DNA of 64,000 bases from assembly GCA_945612775.1 (NCBI GenBank), contig CALZAF010000002.1, forward strand, positions 1,000-64,999, in the 5' to 3' direction. A model generated the notes under the pieces. The model was given only the letters and a program-made list of their open reading frames with translations, ran no database searches and was not told where the DNA came from. The DNA comes from an uncultured bacterium (GTDB lineage Bacteria > Bacteroidota > Bacteroidia > Bacteroidales > Muribaculaceae). The translations under genes and the position numbers were made by a program. Shown one piece after another: positions 1 to 10,696 of the stretch. Every line of letters begins with the position of its first letter. Position 1 is the stretch's first letter.

Positions 1-479
1 CCTTCGTCGGGCAATATTACATGGCGCATCATGTTTTTCCAAAATTCGCAGTCGCAAGCAAAATCAGTGCCTTGAGCAGCCATATACTTCTCATATTCGG
101 CTGAATGAGTCACACGTTCGAGCATCACTTTCAAAAAGATGTCGTCGTTTGTCCAAGTAAGCTTGTTGTCTTCGATATATTGCTTGAATGTTTCGTTTTC
201 TCGAAGAACTTTGATGAATTCATTATCCACAAAGCGCGTATTTGGATTCAAGTCTTCTTCGCTTGGCAGATACTTATTTCTCGCATCATCAAGGCGACGC
301 TCTTGAAGGTCGGTAAGATCTACCATTAATTGCATAAGGTAGAAATACAGTTCATGTGCTTTATCAAAACTTTTGTCAAGTTCCTTTAGCGCATCCTTCA
401 ACGAGGTTTCTTCCTTAGTGAGCAGATAAGAATACACCATCTGCACCACTTTTATTCTAATCAATGTTCTATTTATCAT
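1..479 (-). CDS. nusB: transcription antitermination factor NusB, C-terminus cut by window edge
   Basis: My own minus-strand translation from ATG 479-477 gives MINRTLIRIKVVQMVYSYLLTKEE... The frame stays open for 159 codons to position 1. The N-terminus matches my memory of Bacteroidota NusB. It is absent from the ORF track because no stop lies in the window. Confidence 0.7.
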   Translation of the reverse strand, partial: MINRTLIRIKVVQMVYSYLLTKEETSLKDALKELDKSFDKAHELYFYLMQLMVDLTDLQERRLDDARNKYLPSEEDLNPNTRFVDNEFIKVLRENETFKQYIEDNKLTWTNDDIFLKVMLERVTHSAEYEKYMAAQGTDFACDCEFWKNMMRHVILPDE

Positions 480-542
480 ATTCTTTACTTTTCTGCAAAG
501 TTACGCAAAACTGCTCACTTATAAAATATATAGTCAATTTCT

Positions 543-1301
543 TTAGTTTGTTTCCTGATTGTCATTTAGTCGCTGTCGCACCACTTCATACATCATAATA
601 CCGCCTGCTACCGATACATTAAGCGAATTAATGTGACCAAATTCGGGAATCGAAACAAATTCATCGCAAAGTTTGAGCAAATCATTTGATATGCCCTTAT
701 CCTCTGCCCCAAGAATCAATGCCACTGGACCGGTATAATCTACCATGGTATAGTTGATAGAACTCTTCTCCGATGCACCAACAACTTTATAGCCACAATC
801 CTTTAGGTATTTAACTGCCGAAACGAGGTTGCGCTCACGGCATACTGGCAGATAGTTGAGTGCTCCAGCCGAAGTCTTTACTGCATCGGCATTGGCAGTA
901 ACGCTGTTTTTCTCGGGAATAATTATGGTGTTTACGCCAGCACAGTCGCAAGTACGGGCTATTGCGCCGAAGTTTCGCACATCTGTTACCCCATCGAGCA
1001 CCACCACAAATGGATTATAGCCTTCTTCATAAAGCATCGGCGCCACTTCTTCTATCTTATGATAAGTTACAGCCGACAGAAAGGCAAGTACGCCTTGGTG
1101 ATTCTTTCGGGTGATGCGGTTAATCTTCTCGATTGGAACTCTCTGAACTGGTATCTGATATGCCTTAACCACATCGAAGAGTTCACCTATCAATTCTCCG
1201 TTAATGTCCTTTTTAATTAGCAATTTATCGATTTCTTTACCCGACTGAATTGCTTCAATAACGGCTCTGATGCCAAATATGTATTGGTCTTTCTCTATCA
1301 T
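543..1301 (-). CDS. rlmB: TrmH/SpoU-family 23S rRNA 2'-O-methyltransferase (RlmB-like)
   Basis: 252 aa. N-terminal substrate-binding region (FGIRAVIEAIQSG) and C-terminal SpoU knot motif (SLNVSVAGGIMMYE). The start overlaps the recN stop by 1 nt. Confidence 0.8.
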   Translation of the reverse strand: MIEKDQYIFGIRAVIEAIQSGKEIDKLLIKKDINGELIGELFDVVKAYQIPVQRVPIEKINRITRKNHQGVLAFLSAVTYHKIEEVAPMLYEEGYNPFVVVLDGVTDVRNFGAIARTCDCAGVNTIIIPEKNSVTANADAVKTSAGALNYLPVCRERNLVSAVKYLKDCGYKVVGASEKSSINYTMVDYTGPVALILGAEDKGISNDLLKLCDEFVSIPEFGHINSLNVSVAGGIMMYEVVRQRLNDNQETN

Positions 1302-2965
1302 TAGTGTATCTTGTGTTTTAAAAGAGTTTTTGCATTGTCGATAGCCGATTGCGATATCTGACTGCCGCTAAGCATTGCAGCCAGTTCGCGCACACGCAAC
1401 TCATCGTCGAGCACCATCAGCGAAGTTACTGTAGAATCGCCAACATCGGTTTTGTAAACCTTATAGTGATTGTCGCCTTGTGCAGCCACTTGAGGCAAGT
1501 GTGTAATTGCTATTACTTGTATGTTGTTCGAGAGTTCCGACATCATAGCACCTATTTTTTCTGCTACTTCGCCCGAAACTCCGGTATCTACCTCGTCAAA
1601 GATAATGGTAGGCAAATTCATGCTTTTTGCAACGATTGTCTTAATAGAAAGCATAAGGCGCGATAATTCGCCGCCCGACGCTGTCATTTCAACAGGCATT
1701 AGTTCTTGATTCTTATTAAATGCCACCATATACTTCACAACATCTGCTCCACTTGATGCGAGTTCTTGACCTTCGAACAAAACTTTAAACTCCATATTGT
1801 TAAGTCCTAAAGGTAAAGATATTATCTTCAAATCTTTGGCAAATTCTTCAGCGATTCTCTTGCGTGATAGCGTTAGCTTTTCGGCGGTAGATTTTGCCTC
1901 GGAATATGCCTTTTTCTCCTCCGCTTCAAGTCGCTTAATATTGTCTTCGGAATTGTCGATAGCATTCAATCGTAGCTCATATTCTCCTTGAAGATCTATC
2001 AAATCGTCCACGCTGCGCATACCATGTTTGCTTTCCAGAGCATAGATGGCATTTAGCCTATCGTTCACTCTTTCGAGTTCATCGGGGTTAAACTCAAGTC
2101 CTTCTTGAAGGGCTGATACTGCCATTGCCACATCTTTCAATTCTATAACAGCCGAATCGAGTCGCGACGCAAGTTCTTCAGCCTCATTTAGGTTTTCAGC
2201 AGCAACCGACATGCTTTTAGCCGAAGTTTTCAGGTTGTCGAGAATAGAATTCTCTTCACCATCGAGCAACATCTGCGCTTGCCAGAGGTTTTCCTTAATT
2301 TCAGTGATGTTTGTAAGCTTTTTCTGCAGCGCCTCGAGCTCTATGTCCTCTCCTTTTTCAAGTTTAAGTTCTACAAGCTGGTTGAGCTGAAATCTCAGGT
2401 AATCTTCCTCTTCTTTGTTTCTGCTAAGATTGCTACGAGATTTATCTAATTCAGTCTTAACACACTTGTAATGACCGAACTTAACCTTATATTCTTCAAG
2501 TAAAGCTTTATTATTGGCAAGGCTATCCAAAATGCCGAGTTGATATGCAGGTTTTGAAACAAGCATATTGCTATGCTGCGAATGAATGTCGATAAGATAG
2601 CTTGTAAGTTCCTTCATCAACGAGAGCGACACAGGCGAGTCGTTGACGAAAGCTCTCGACCTTCCGTTGTCTGAAAATTCCTTACGCAATATGCACTCCT
2701 CCTCGAAATATTCCAGGTCATTCTCATCGAAGAAGTGCTTCAAGTCGAATTTGCTTATATTAAAGGTGGCTTCTACTACCGACTTTTTCGACTTATTGCG
2801 AATGGATTTTGTATCGGCTCGCTCACCGAGAATCAACGACAATGCGCCCATAATAATGGATTTACCTGCTCCGGTTTCGCCGGTAATTATCGTAAGCCCT
2901 TCATTAAAATCCACCTCCAAATGGTCGATTAGCGCATAATTTGATATTGATAATTTCGAGAGCAT
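1301..2965 (-). CDS. recN: DNA repair protein RecN
   Basis: 554 aa. Walker A GETGAGKS, long coiled-coil middle, signature SGGELSR, Walker B IIFDEVD. Confidence 0.93.
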   Translation of the reverse strand: MLSKLSISNYALIDHLEVDFNEGLTIITGETGAGKSIIMGALSLILGERADTKSIRNKSKKSVVEATFNISKFDLKHFFDENDLEYFEEECILRKEFSDNGRSRAFVNDSPVSLSLMKELTSYLIDIHSQHSNMLVSKPAYQLGILDSLANNKALLEEYKVKFGHYKCVKTELDKSRSNLSRNKEEEDYLRFQLNQLVELKLEKGEDIELEALQKKLTNITEIKENLWQAQMLLDGEENSILDNLKTSAKSMSVAAENLNEAEELASRLDSAVIELKDVAMAVSALQEGLEFNPDELERVNDRLNAIYALESKHGMRSVDDLIDLQGEYELRLNAIDNSEDNIKRLEAEEKKAYSEAKSTAEKLTLSRKRIAEEFAKDLKIISLPLGLNNMEFKVLFEGQELASSGADVVKYMVAFNKNQELMPVEMTASGGELSRLMLSIKTIVAKSMNLPTIIFDEVDTGVSGEVAEKIGAMMSELSNNIQVIAITHLPQVAAQGDNHYKVYKTDVGDSTVTSLMVLDDELRVRELAAMLSGSQISQSAIDNAKTLLKHKIH

Positions 2966-2969
2966 GTGA

Positions 2970-3887
2970 TTATTGTTGCTGAGTTTCTTCTTTAATTTTC
3001 TTCAATCTCGTACCCTCGGCAGGATACATTTCTTTAAGTATATCGTATGCGTTATCCTTCTCCGTTCTGCTTGCCTTTGAATAGACGTTAACCAGTTCAT
3101 CCATTTTTGCATCTTTAAACATACTCAGGCATACCGACATAGGAGCCAAATCGTACACTTTTTTAAGCGTTGCCAGCGTCTGCGATATCGTGAGCCTGCC
3201 TTTGTCGGGACTGAGCACCATCTCGTCGAGACCTTTTCGATGATAGTCGTAGAGCACTTCGCGTATGCCCGATGTAGTCTTGTCGGTAAATGCGCTTAAC
3301 ACTGCGCTTCGGTTCTTGTTGTCCTCAAATGCTTTCCAACCCGATTCGCCCTCGCTCTGCGCCATGCGCACTATACTGGCTGCCTTTTCATAATATGGGT
3401 CACCCCCATTTGGCGCAAATGTGTCGAAATCTATGGCTATAATCATATAGGCATAGAAATTGAGTATTGCGGTAAGGTTGCTCTCCCAATTAACCTCCGA
3501 AAACACAAGTGGCTCGTTGTTTTCGTAAGTAAACTCCACTTTTGTGTCCTTAAAGTTGATGAGCGTGGTTGTATATGTGCTGTTATAAACGGGTCTGGTC
3601 GATTGAATCTGCAAATCGGCTGTGATATTAGGCTCTTCATATTTGTTTATGGTAAAATAAAGCCTGCAATCTATCTTCTCGTTTTTGCCGAATTGCGCAT
3701 CAGTCCACTTCTGGGTGTTCATATAGTCGGATATAGCGCTCTGAAGTGTGCTAAACACGTCTTTGTTGGCATTTTGCACTTTGTCGGTATTAATTTCGAC
3801 ATTGCAGTTAAGCTCTTGCGCAGCACTTGATGCCGAGCATAATAAGCCACAAAGAGCTATAGCCATCATTCCTACGTATTTCCTCAT
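2970..3887 (-). CDS. DUF4835-family protein (PorD-like, type IX secretion associated)
   Basis: 305 aa with a signal peptide (MMAIALCGLLCSASSAAQ). The family assignment is from memory of Bacteroidota proteins found next to recN. No motif-level proof. Confidence 0.55.
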   Translation of the reverse strand: MRKYVGMMAIALCGLLCSASSAAQELNCNVEINTDKVQNANKDVFSTLQSAISDYMNTQKWTDAQFGKNEKIDCRLYFTINKYEEPNITADLQIQSTRPVYNSTYTTTLINFKDTKVEFTYENNEPLVFSEVNWESNLTAILNFYAYMIIAIDFDTFAPNGGDPYYEKAASIVRMAQSEGESGWKAFEDNKNRSAVLSAFTDKTTSGIREVLYDYHRKGLDEMVLSPDKGRLTISQTLATLKKVYDLAPMSVCLSMFKDAKMDELVNVYSKASRTEKDNAYDILKEMYPAEGTRLKKIKEETQQQ

Positions 3888-3911
3888 AACGCTTTATCGC
3901 AAGTTATAAAC

Positions 3912-4679
3912 TTAAAGTTTTTTCGATTGTAATCTTAAATTGGTAAGCACGTTCTTGGTGTCTTGAGGGAAATCGCCTTGCATCATCCAGCCATAATAGC
4001 CCGAATCGTGCTCGAGAACCTCAAGAACTGGACGGCCCTTATATTTTCCGAAATTAAACACTGGCTCGTGTTTTTCGTTATATATGAAGCGTCCAGCCAA
4101 GTCCACATTATTATTCTGCGACGAGAATTCAGCCAAGAAGTCCATATCGTTCTGCAGACAGTCGTACTTGTCGAGCTGTGCCTTTAACACCTCGTAAGTT
4201 GCGCGAGTATCGGCATTTGCCGAGTGTGCAGCTTCGAGATCCTTGTTGCAATAAAATTTATATGCTGCCACAAGTGTGCGCTGTTCCATCTTATGGAAAA
4301 TGGTTTGCACGTCGATAAATCGGCATTTTGTATAATCGAAGTTTACTCCTGCATTAAGGAATTCTTCTATCAGAAGTGGAACATCGAAGCGGTTGCTATT
4401 AAATCCGGCTATGTCGCTGCCCTTAAAGATTTCGGCTATTTCTTTAGCACGCTCCTTAAATGTTGGGCAGTTTGCCACATCAGCATCGGTTATGTGATGC
4501 ACTGCCGAAGCCTGTTCGGGTATGTGCATGCCGGGGTTAAATCGCAATGTGTCCTCTTGCTCCACGCCATTAGGCCAAACCTTAATGTAGCAGAGTTCCA
4601 CTATCTTGTCGTGCGACGGATTCACGCCAGTAGTTTCTAAGTCGAAAAACACTACCGGCTTTTTTAGGTTCAAATCCAT
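3912..4679 (-). CDS. DEDDh 3'-5' exonuclease, DNA polymerase III epsilon-like
   Basis: 255 aa. Exo I FFDLETTG and Exo III HSANADT motifs. Starts 10 nt after the dnaN stop. Confidence 0.8.
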   Translation of the reverse strand: MDLNLKKPVVFFDLETTGVNPSHDKIVELCYIKVWPNGVEQEDTLRFNPGMHIPEQASAVHHITDADVANCPTFKERAKEIAEIFKGSDIAGFNSNRFDVPLLIEEFLNAGVNFDYTKCRFIDVQTIFHKMEQRTLVAAYKFYCNKDLEAAHSANADTRATYEVLKAQLDKYDCLQNDMDFLAEFSSQNNNVDLAGRFIYNEKHEPVFNFGKYKGRPVLEVLEHDSGYYGWMMQGDFPQDTKNVLTNLRLQSKKL

Positions 4680-4689
4680 ATCCGCTACG

Positions 4690-5805
4690 TTAAATCATCA
4701 TTGGCATCAAAAGCACGAGTAGGTCTTCGCCTTCTTCCTGCTTCTCTGGTTCGAAAATGCCAGCACGCGATGCGTCCGACAACTTCAAGATTACGGTGTC
4801 GTGGCTGATGTTGTCGAGCACCTCGATGACGCGGGTCTTATTGAAGCCCATTATCAGGTTGTCGCCAGAGTAGTCGCATGGAATGGTTTCTTCTGCCAAT
4901 GTCGAGTAGTCGATATCTTCGGCTTTTAAGAAGATTTCGTTTGGACGGAACTCAAACTTAATCAAACCGCCTTGGCTTGCAAATACCGAGACGCGGCGAA
5001 TAGCTGCAAGAAGAGTTTCGCGATCAATCGACAATTGGTTAGGATTCTCTTCAGGGATAACAGAGTTGTAGCGAGGATAGCGCCCAGCCACGAAGCGGCA
5101 GTTGAGCGTAAACTCTTCAGTAGTGAATGTAGCACACTTTGAGTCGATTGTAACTGCCACATTACCTTCTTCCTTTGCAAAAACATTTGCTATAATCGAT
5201 GCCGGTTTGGTTGGCAAGATGAACGAAGCCTCAAGCCCTGTCTGTGTTCTGAAATTCTTGAAACGCACCAGTTTATGTGTATCCGATGCAACAAACACTA
5301 TTTCCTCGGGCTTAATATCCCAAAGGATACCCATCATCACTGCACGAAGGTCTTCCGATCCCACGGCAAAGATGGTTTGATTGATACCCTTAACAATCTC
5401 CTTTGCTGGAATAGCAAATGTGCGAGAATCGCTATCGTTGAGGGCTTTCTGAGGGAACTCATTGCCATCGATACCTATGAAGTTAAACTTACCATTCATA
5501 TAGTATATGTTTATCTCCAATGTATCGTCGTTAATCTCGAACTTCAAACCTTGTTCGGGCAGTTCCTTAAGCAACTCATTGAGGCGCTTAACGTTAACAG
5601 CAAACTTACCCTTACCTTCGGCATTATTTACGGTCAAGCGTGTCTTCAATGTTGTGTCGGAGTCACTACCGGTTATTACAAGTTCATCACCATTGAGTTC
5701 AAATAAGAAATTATCAAGAATAGAGATGCTATTCTTCGAGTTAACAACCTTGCTGACAGCCGACAAGTGGCTCATAAGGTTCTTGCTGGAAATATTAAAT
5801 ATCAT
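4690..5805 (-). CDS. dnaN: DNA polymerase III beta sliding clamp
   Basis: 371 aa from ATG 5805 (MIFNISSKNLMSHL...). The track start at 5913 would add 36 aa and would place the -7 promoter motif (5871-5878) inside the gene, so I prefer the short start. Confidence 0.9.
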   Translation of the reverse strand: MIFNISSKNLMSHLSAVSKVVNSKNSISILDNFLFELNGDELVITGSDSDTTLKTRLTVNNAEGKGKFAVNVKRLNELLKELPEQGLKFEINDDTLEINIYYMNGKFNFIGIDGNEFPQKALNDSDSRTFAIPAKEIVKGINQTIFAVGSEDLRAVMMGILWDIKPEEIVFVASDTHKLVRFKNFRTQTGLEASFILPTKPASIIANVFAKEEGNVAVTIDSKCATFTTEEFTLNCRFVAGRYPRYNSVIPEENPNQLSIDRETLLAAIRRVSVFASQGGLIKFEFRPNEIFLKAEDIDYSTLAEETIPCDYSGDNLIMGFNKTRVIEVLDNISHDTVILKLSDASRAGIFEPEKQEEGEDLLVLLMPMMI

Positions 5806-5870
5806 ATTGTAGTTTTTTGTTATATTTTTTCTTTTTCCATAAGCGCATTCAGCGCAAACTTTACCAAATA

Positions 5871-5878
5871 CAAATTTA
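5871..5878 (-). promoter_or_regulatory. Bacteroides-type -7 promoter motif TAAATTTG (dnaN)
   Basis: Perfect TAnnTTTG on the minus strand, 66 nt upstream of ATG 5805. Confidence 0.45.
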
Positions 5879-6090
5879 CAATTTTTTCTCCAAATATCGA
5901 TTGTTTGCCGCAATTATTTTGTATTAAGCGCATATTATGTGATAGCATAAAGCTTTAGTGAAGCACTAAATCACAATAGTTTAGGCAAGAAACAGCTTTT
6001 CGTGCGTGATATAGCATAGTTTTGAATATAATTTTGATATTGGATATTACCAAAAAGTCGTTAATAGTAATAATTTTTGATTTATTTTTG

Positions 6091-6098
6091 TAACTTTG
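6091..6098 (+). promoter_or_regulatory. -7 promoter motif TAACTTTG (glnS)
   Basis: Perfect TAnnTTTG, 44 nt upstream of ATG 6142. Confidence 0.5.
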
Positions 6099-6141
6099 CA
6101 CAATTAATCAAGATTGAGAATTTTGAACATCAAAATTAATT

Positions 6142-7848
6142 ATGGCAGAAGAAATTTTTGAAATCAACGAAGGCGAAGAAAAGAAATCGCTAAACTTTGT
6201 TCAACAGCTTGTTGCCGAAGACCTTAAGGCTGGCAAAAACGGAGGACGACTCAACACTCGTTTCCCGCCAGAGCCTAACGGATATCTCCATATTGGCCAC
6301 GCTAAGGCCATCTGCATGGACTTTGGTGTAGCTGAAATGTTCGGCGGCACTTGCAACCTCCGTTTTGACGACACCAATCCTATTAAGGAGGATGTAGAAT
6401 ATGTTGAATCAATCAAGGAAGATATAAAGTGGCTTGGTTACGACTGGGGCGACCGTCTATACTATGCTTCTGATTATTTTCCTAAACTATACGATCTTGC
6501 CGTTCGCATGATTAAGGAAGGCAAGGCTTATGTCGATGACCAGACGTCAGAGCAAATTGCGGCTCAAAAAGGCACTCCTACCACTCCTGGTACCGAAAGC
6601 CCATATCGCAACCGCACTCCCGAAGAGAACCTCGACCTCTTCGAGCGCATGAATGCTGGCGAATTTGACGAAGGCGCACGCGTGCTTCGTGCAAAAATCG
6701 ATATGGCATCGTCGAACATGCACTTCCGCGACCCTATCATGTATCGCATTATTAAGCATCCACACCACCGCACCGGCGATAAGTGGAAGGTGTATCCTAT
6801 GTATGACTTCGCGCATGGCCAAAGCGACTATTTCGAAGGTGTTACTCACTCTATCTGCACTCTCGAGTTTGTGCCTCACCGTCCTCTTTACGAATATTTC
6901 GTTAAGGAATTGGCCGATGAGTCATACTGCCCACGCCAGATTGAGTTCAACCGCCTAAACCTGACATATACCCTTATGAGCAAGCGCAAATTGCTACAGC
7001 TCGTTAAGGAAGGTCTTGTGGCTGGTTGGGACGACCCTCGTATGCCTACTATCTGCGGTTTGCGTCGTCGCGGCTACACTCCAGAATCTATTAAGAACTT
7101 TATCGATGCTATTGGTTACACTAAATATGAGGCTCTCAACGATATTTCTCTGCTCGAACACGCAGTTCGTGAAGACCTCAATAAGCGAGCCAATCGTGTT
7201 TCGGCAGTTCTCGACCCTGTAAAGGTGGTTATCACCAATTTCCCTGAGGACAAAACCGAAATGGTAACTATCGAAAACAACCCTGAAGATCCAAATGGCG
7301 GCACTCACGAGATGCCATTTACCCGCGAAATCTTCATCGAGCGCGAAGACTTCATGGAGAATCCTCCAAAGAAGTATTTCCGCATGACTCCAGGCAAGGA
7401 AGTTCGTCTAAAAGCTGGATATATAGTAATGTGCACCGGATGCAAGAAAGATGCCGATGGCAACATCGAGGAAATCTATTGCGAATACGACCCAGAGACA
7501 AAGAGCGGTATGCCGGGCAGCATGCGCAAGGTAAAAGGCACTCTTCACTGGGTATCGGCTAAGTATTGCAAGAAGGCCACAGTTCGCCTTTACGATCGCC
7601 TATTTATGGTAGAGAATCCATCGGCTGAGACCGAAAAGGATTTCCGCGAACTCCTTAACCCCGATTCGCTAAAAGTTACAACTGCTCTCATCGAGCCATA
7701 TCTCGCCGAGACTGCTGTTGCCGGAAATAAGTATCAGTTCCAGCGCATAGGTTATTTCTGCGTTGATAAAGACTCAACTGCAGATAATCTCATCTTCAAC
7801 AAGACTATCGGACTCAAGGACAGCTGGGCAAAAGAAAAAGCTAAGTAA
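6142..7848 (+). CDS. glnS: glutamine--tRNA ligase
   Basis: 568 aa. Class I HIGH motif (GYLHIGHAK) and KMSKS-like LMSKRK. Length and C-terminal region are typical of GlnRS. Confidence 0.93.
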   Translation: MAEEIFEINEGEEKKSLNFVQQLVAEDLKAGKNGGRLNTRFPPEPNGYLHIGHAKAICMDFGVAEMFGGTCNLRFDDTNPIKEDVEYVESIKEDIKWLGYDWGDRLYYASDYFPKLYDLAVRMIKEGKAYVDDQTSEQIAAQKGTPTTPGTESPYRNRTPEENLDLFERMNAGEFDEGARVLRAKIDMASSNMHFRDPIMYRIIKHPHHRTGDKWKVYPMYDFAHGQSDYFEGVTHSICTLEFVPHRPLYEYFVKELADESYCPRQIEFNRLNLTYTLMSKRKLLQLVKEGLVAGWDDPRMPTICGLRRRGYTPESIKNFIDAIGYTKYEALNDISLLEHAVREDLNKRANRVSAVLDPVKVVITNFPEDKTEMVTIENNPEDPNGGTHEMPFTREIFIEREDFMENPPKKYFRMTPGKEVRLKAGYIVMCTGCKKDADGNIEEIYCEYDPETKSGMPGSMRKVKGTLHWVSAKYCKKATVRLYDRLFMVENPSAETEKDFRELLNPDSLKVTTALIEPYLAETAVAGNKYQFQRIGYFCVDKDSTADNLIFNKTIGLKDSWAKEKAK

Positions 7849-7926
7849 TCACTCTGCAAGCAGATTAGTAGTAGATAATTATTCTACTGCTTTTATCTCT
7901 TTCAAAGTGTAGCACACAACAAAAAA

Positions 7927-7968
7927 TGGAGGTGCGAAGTAAAACCTGTTTTTACTGACGCACCTCCA
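7927..7968. terminator. bidirectional hairpin terminator between glnS and the convergent DUF5686 gene
   Basis: tggaggtgcg...cgcacctcca 10-bp stem with extra inner pairing. Flanked by an A-run on the 5' side and ttttatttg on the 3' side. Confidence 0.75.
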
Positions 7969-8014
7969 TTTTATTTGTATAAGGAGATAGAAAAATCCAA
8001 TTTGCGAATTGCCA

Positions 8015-10567
8015 TTAGAACGTGAAGTGAAGTTGCACACGCAAGCCTCTGCGATCGATGCCCTGACGGTCGAGATACGTCAATCGCCACACGTAGTCCA
8101 ATCGCAAGCATGTGAGAATGTTGTCGATACCCACGCCTATTTCCATATATGGCGTTTTAGTCATCGGCGAACAGTTGTTCAGTTCTGGGAACTGGAGCAC
8201 ATCGGAATTAAGCGCAGGATTGTTATAATCATGAAGTTTACCATATAGACCTCTGAAGGAGAATGCTTCACGCAGTTTCAAATACTTCAGCAGCGGCACT
8301 CGGTTGAATATTGCACCGTTGGCCCAATAAGTGAAATCCCATGATAGGTAGCTGTCGTTCATAAATTCAAGCGGACTCATAAGCACGTACGACTCGGGCT
8401 GAATGGTGTACGACAAGTTGGCATTAGGCAAGAGCAAATCGGGATATGCCACTTTGCTCCAAATTTTTCCAGCCTTCAATATGATGTCGGTATATCCAAA
8501 AGCCGAAAACCAAAATCGCTTTTGAACACCCACTTCGGTCTTGTTGATACAATACTTGCTGCCAAGAAAACCTTTTGGCGCATAGGTGTGCGATAGCGTC
8601 AGCACTGGTGCGTCGAGGTTGATAGGAATACGATAAGACTTAGTCTGATAGAACTTCTCACCTGGAGCGTAACGCAATGTCACATTAAACGATGCTTCGT
8701 TATAGCTCTTATAAGCATTGCCATAACCATCGACAAAAGGCATATATTTGCTTGCTTCCTGTTGGTCAAAACGGAAACCAGCAGCTACCGAGAAGCCACA
8801 TTCCGTTTCGAGCTTATACTCCAGTTCGCTTGTTCGTTTATAAGTAACCGCCTTGTCGGGCATACGCTTCAAAGCTAAGAACACATTATCGGGATTAGTG
8901 TAAAGATAGTGCTGGCCGAGTTGGTCGATATCATACTTGTGCAGAAATCTCACAGAGTGTATTGGAAACTCGTTGTTGTGATACTTCTTTTCATTAAACG
9001 AATACTCCAGTTGTCCACTATATTTCCATTTCTCATCACCGAAACCGTATGCAGCATAACCTCTTGCAAACAAGTGCTTATTGAGGTTTGCCGTGGTCAT
9101 ACCTCCCACTTTAAGCCGCAATCCCTCGAGTGTGCTGCCGCTAATGGTTGTATTCATCGGTCCGAAGTCGAATTTGCTGTCTTTTGAAGTGTTGATATAC
9201 CCCGATACAAGGGTAACTATCACCTTCTCCGACCAATAGAATAATGGCACTTCGCGAAGTTTATCAAGCAGATGCTTTATCGAGTTCTCACTCGCCTTAA
9301 TAGGCGCTTTTCGATTATCTTTCCAGAACTCTTCGGGCATATACATGGCATCAGTAGCCATAACTCGCGTTCCTTCTTTATCAAACACTTTGGCATCGGC
9401 AGGTTCGTAGAAGTTATGGTTATCGTACATCACAAGCCTGCGTGAATATAGCTCTTGTGTGCCTGGCATAACCTGAAACTCCACTGTCATGTCGTCTTTG
9501 GTCTTCAATCTGCTTCCGTCGCTCGCTTTCACATAGTCTTGCTCCATGTAGATTTTCTGAACATAATTCAGATTGATATCTTTTGGCACACTCATCTTCA
9601 CCTTTTTCACAAACATCGAAGTGTCGTCGGCAACCACGTAGATGCGGCCATTAAAACCAAATGACTGCGGATTGAATGGCGAGAAACTCAGGTCGATGCA
9701 CTTAACGCCATCCACATTCACCGTATCGTTAAGGTAAAACTTATAGAAATCGGTGGCAATATGCGACAAAGGACTCACAAAACGGTTCTGCATAAATGTG
9801 ACGTCGTTAGTGAAAATGTCGATTTCACGAAATACATCTTCGAGGAATCGCTGTATGCTTTCTTCATCGAACATTTCATCGATGCCGGCTCGCTTGACGC
9901 CCTTGATGTATTCCTTGTGGGATTTTGGATGAAGTCTATAGTGTTCTGTTGCCGCCATCTCCTTGATTGATAGCGGCAAAATGCGCTTGCCCGAAATGTC
10001 GCTTGTATCCATAAATTCATAGATAAAGCTGAAGCGCTTCTTCACCCAATTCTTATTGTCGGGATTAAAACCACTTAGTCCGCATGTAAGTTTGTGATAC
10101 TTATCGTAGTTGTAATATTCGTGGTTCTTGGGGTCGTACATATCGCGTTTTTTAATAACGCGTTTCACAAATTCTACAGCCGGATTATTCTTTTTGCTGT
10201 ATTTTTCTTTCTTGGGCTTTACCACCACCTCTTTGAGCGACACACCTGTAGGTACTATCTTCACCACAATGTTGTTTACCTGACCTTTCTTTACAAACAC
10301 TTCTTTGTTGTCGTATCCCATCAACGACACACTCATGCTTATAAAATTCACATTAGTGGCTATCTTAAATTTGCCTTCGTCGTCTGTCATCGTACCCCTG
10401 TCAGAACCTTTGAGGAACAATGCGACGTATGGCATTGGCTCGCCAGTTATCGAGTCAACCACTATGCCTTCTATAGTCGTAGTCCTTGGTGTGTGTTGGC
10501 CGCTAAGCGTGAACGCAAATGCCATCGCCAATATTATAAAACCAACAAATTTTGTGCAAAATCTCAC
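8015..10567 (-). CDS. carboxypeptidase-regulatory-like domain plus DUF5686 outer-membrane-type protein
   Basis: 850 aa with a signal peptide. N-terminal CarboxypepD_reg-like segment (IEGIVVDSITGEPMPYVALFLKGSDRGTMTDDEGKFKI) followed by a large beta-rich body. GTG start codon at 10567-10565. Confidence 0.65.
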   Translation of the reverse strand: MRFCTKFVGFIILAMAFAFTLSGQHTPRTTTIEGIVVDSITGEPMPYVALFLKGSDRGTMTDDEGKFKIATNVNFISMSVSLMGYDNKEVFVKKGQVNNIVVKIVPTGVSLKEVVVKPKKEKYSKKNNPAVEFVKRVIKKRDMYDPKNHEYYNYDKYHKLTCGLSGFNPDNKNWVKKRFSFIYEFMDTSDISGKRILPLSIKEMAATEHYRLHPKSHKEYIKGVKRAGIDEMFDEESIQRFLEDVFREIDIFTNDVTFMQNRFVSPLSHIATDFYKFYLNDTVNVDGVKCIDLSFSPFNPQSFGFNGRIYVVADDTSMFVKKVKMSVPKDINLNYVQKIYMEQDYVKASDGSRLKTKDDMTVEFQVMPGTQELYSRRLVMYDNHNFYEPADAKVFDKEGTRVMATDAMYMPEEFWKDNRKAPIKASENSIKHLLDKLREVPLFYWSEKVIVTLVSGYINTSKDSKFDFGPMNTTISGSTLEGLRLKVGGMTTANLNKHLFARGYAAYGFGDEKWKYSGQLEYSFNEKKYHNNEFPIHSVRFLHKYDIDQLGQHYLYTNPDNVFLALKRMPDKAVTYKRTSELEYKLETECGFSVAAGFRFDQQEASKYMPFVDGYGNAYKSYNEASFNVTLRYAPGEKFYQTKSYRIPINLDAPVLTLSHTYAPKGFLGSKYCINKTEVGVQKRFWFSAFGYTDIILKAGKIWSKVAYPDLLLPNANLSYTIQPESYVLMSPLEFMNDSYLSWDFTYWANGAIFNRVPLLKYLKLREAFSFRGLYGKLHDYNNPALNSDVLQFPELNNCSPMTKTPYMEIGVGIDNILTCLRLDYVWRLTYLDRQGIDRRGLRVQLHFTF

Positions 10568-10696
10568 CTTAAATTTCCCTATTATGTTGTAAATTCTATC
10601 TCAAAAATATATTTTTGCAAAATTAAGCATATTCCCACAATCTACAATCGGCATATTCGCTTATTTAATGGTCAATAATTCGCAAAAACTATCAAA

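Noticed and set aside
5806-5913. 36-aa N-terminal extension of dnaN given by the ORF track (start 5913).
   Set aside because: The extension (MRQTIDIWRKNCKFVFGKV...) is unlike any clamp N-terminus and contains the TAAATTTG promoter motif. ATG 5805 gives the canonical MIFNISS... start.
5806-6141. Possible oriC next to dnaN (AT-rich 336-bp divergent region).
   Set aside because: I found only weak TGTGATA-type half matches and no cluster of TTATCCACA boxes. dnaA is not adjacent.
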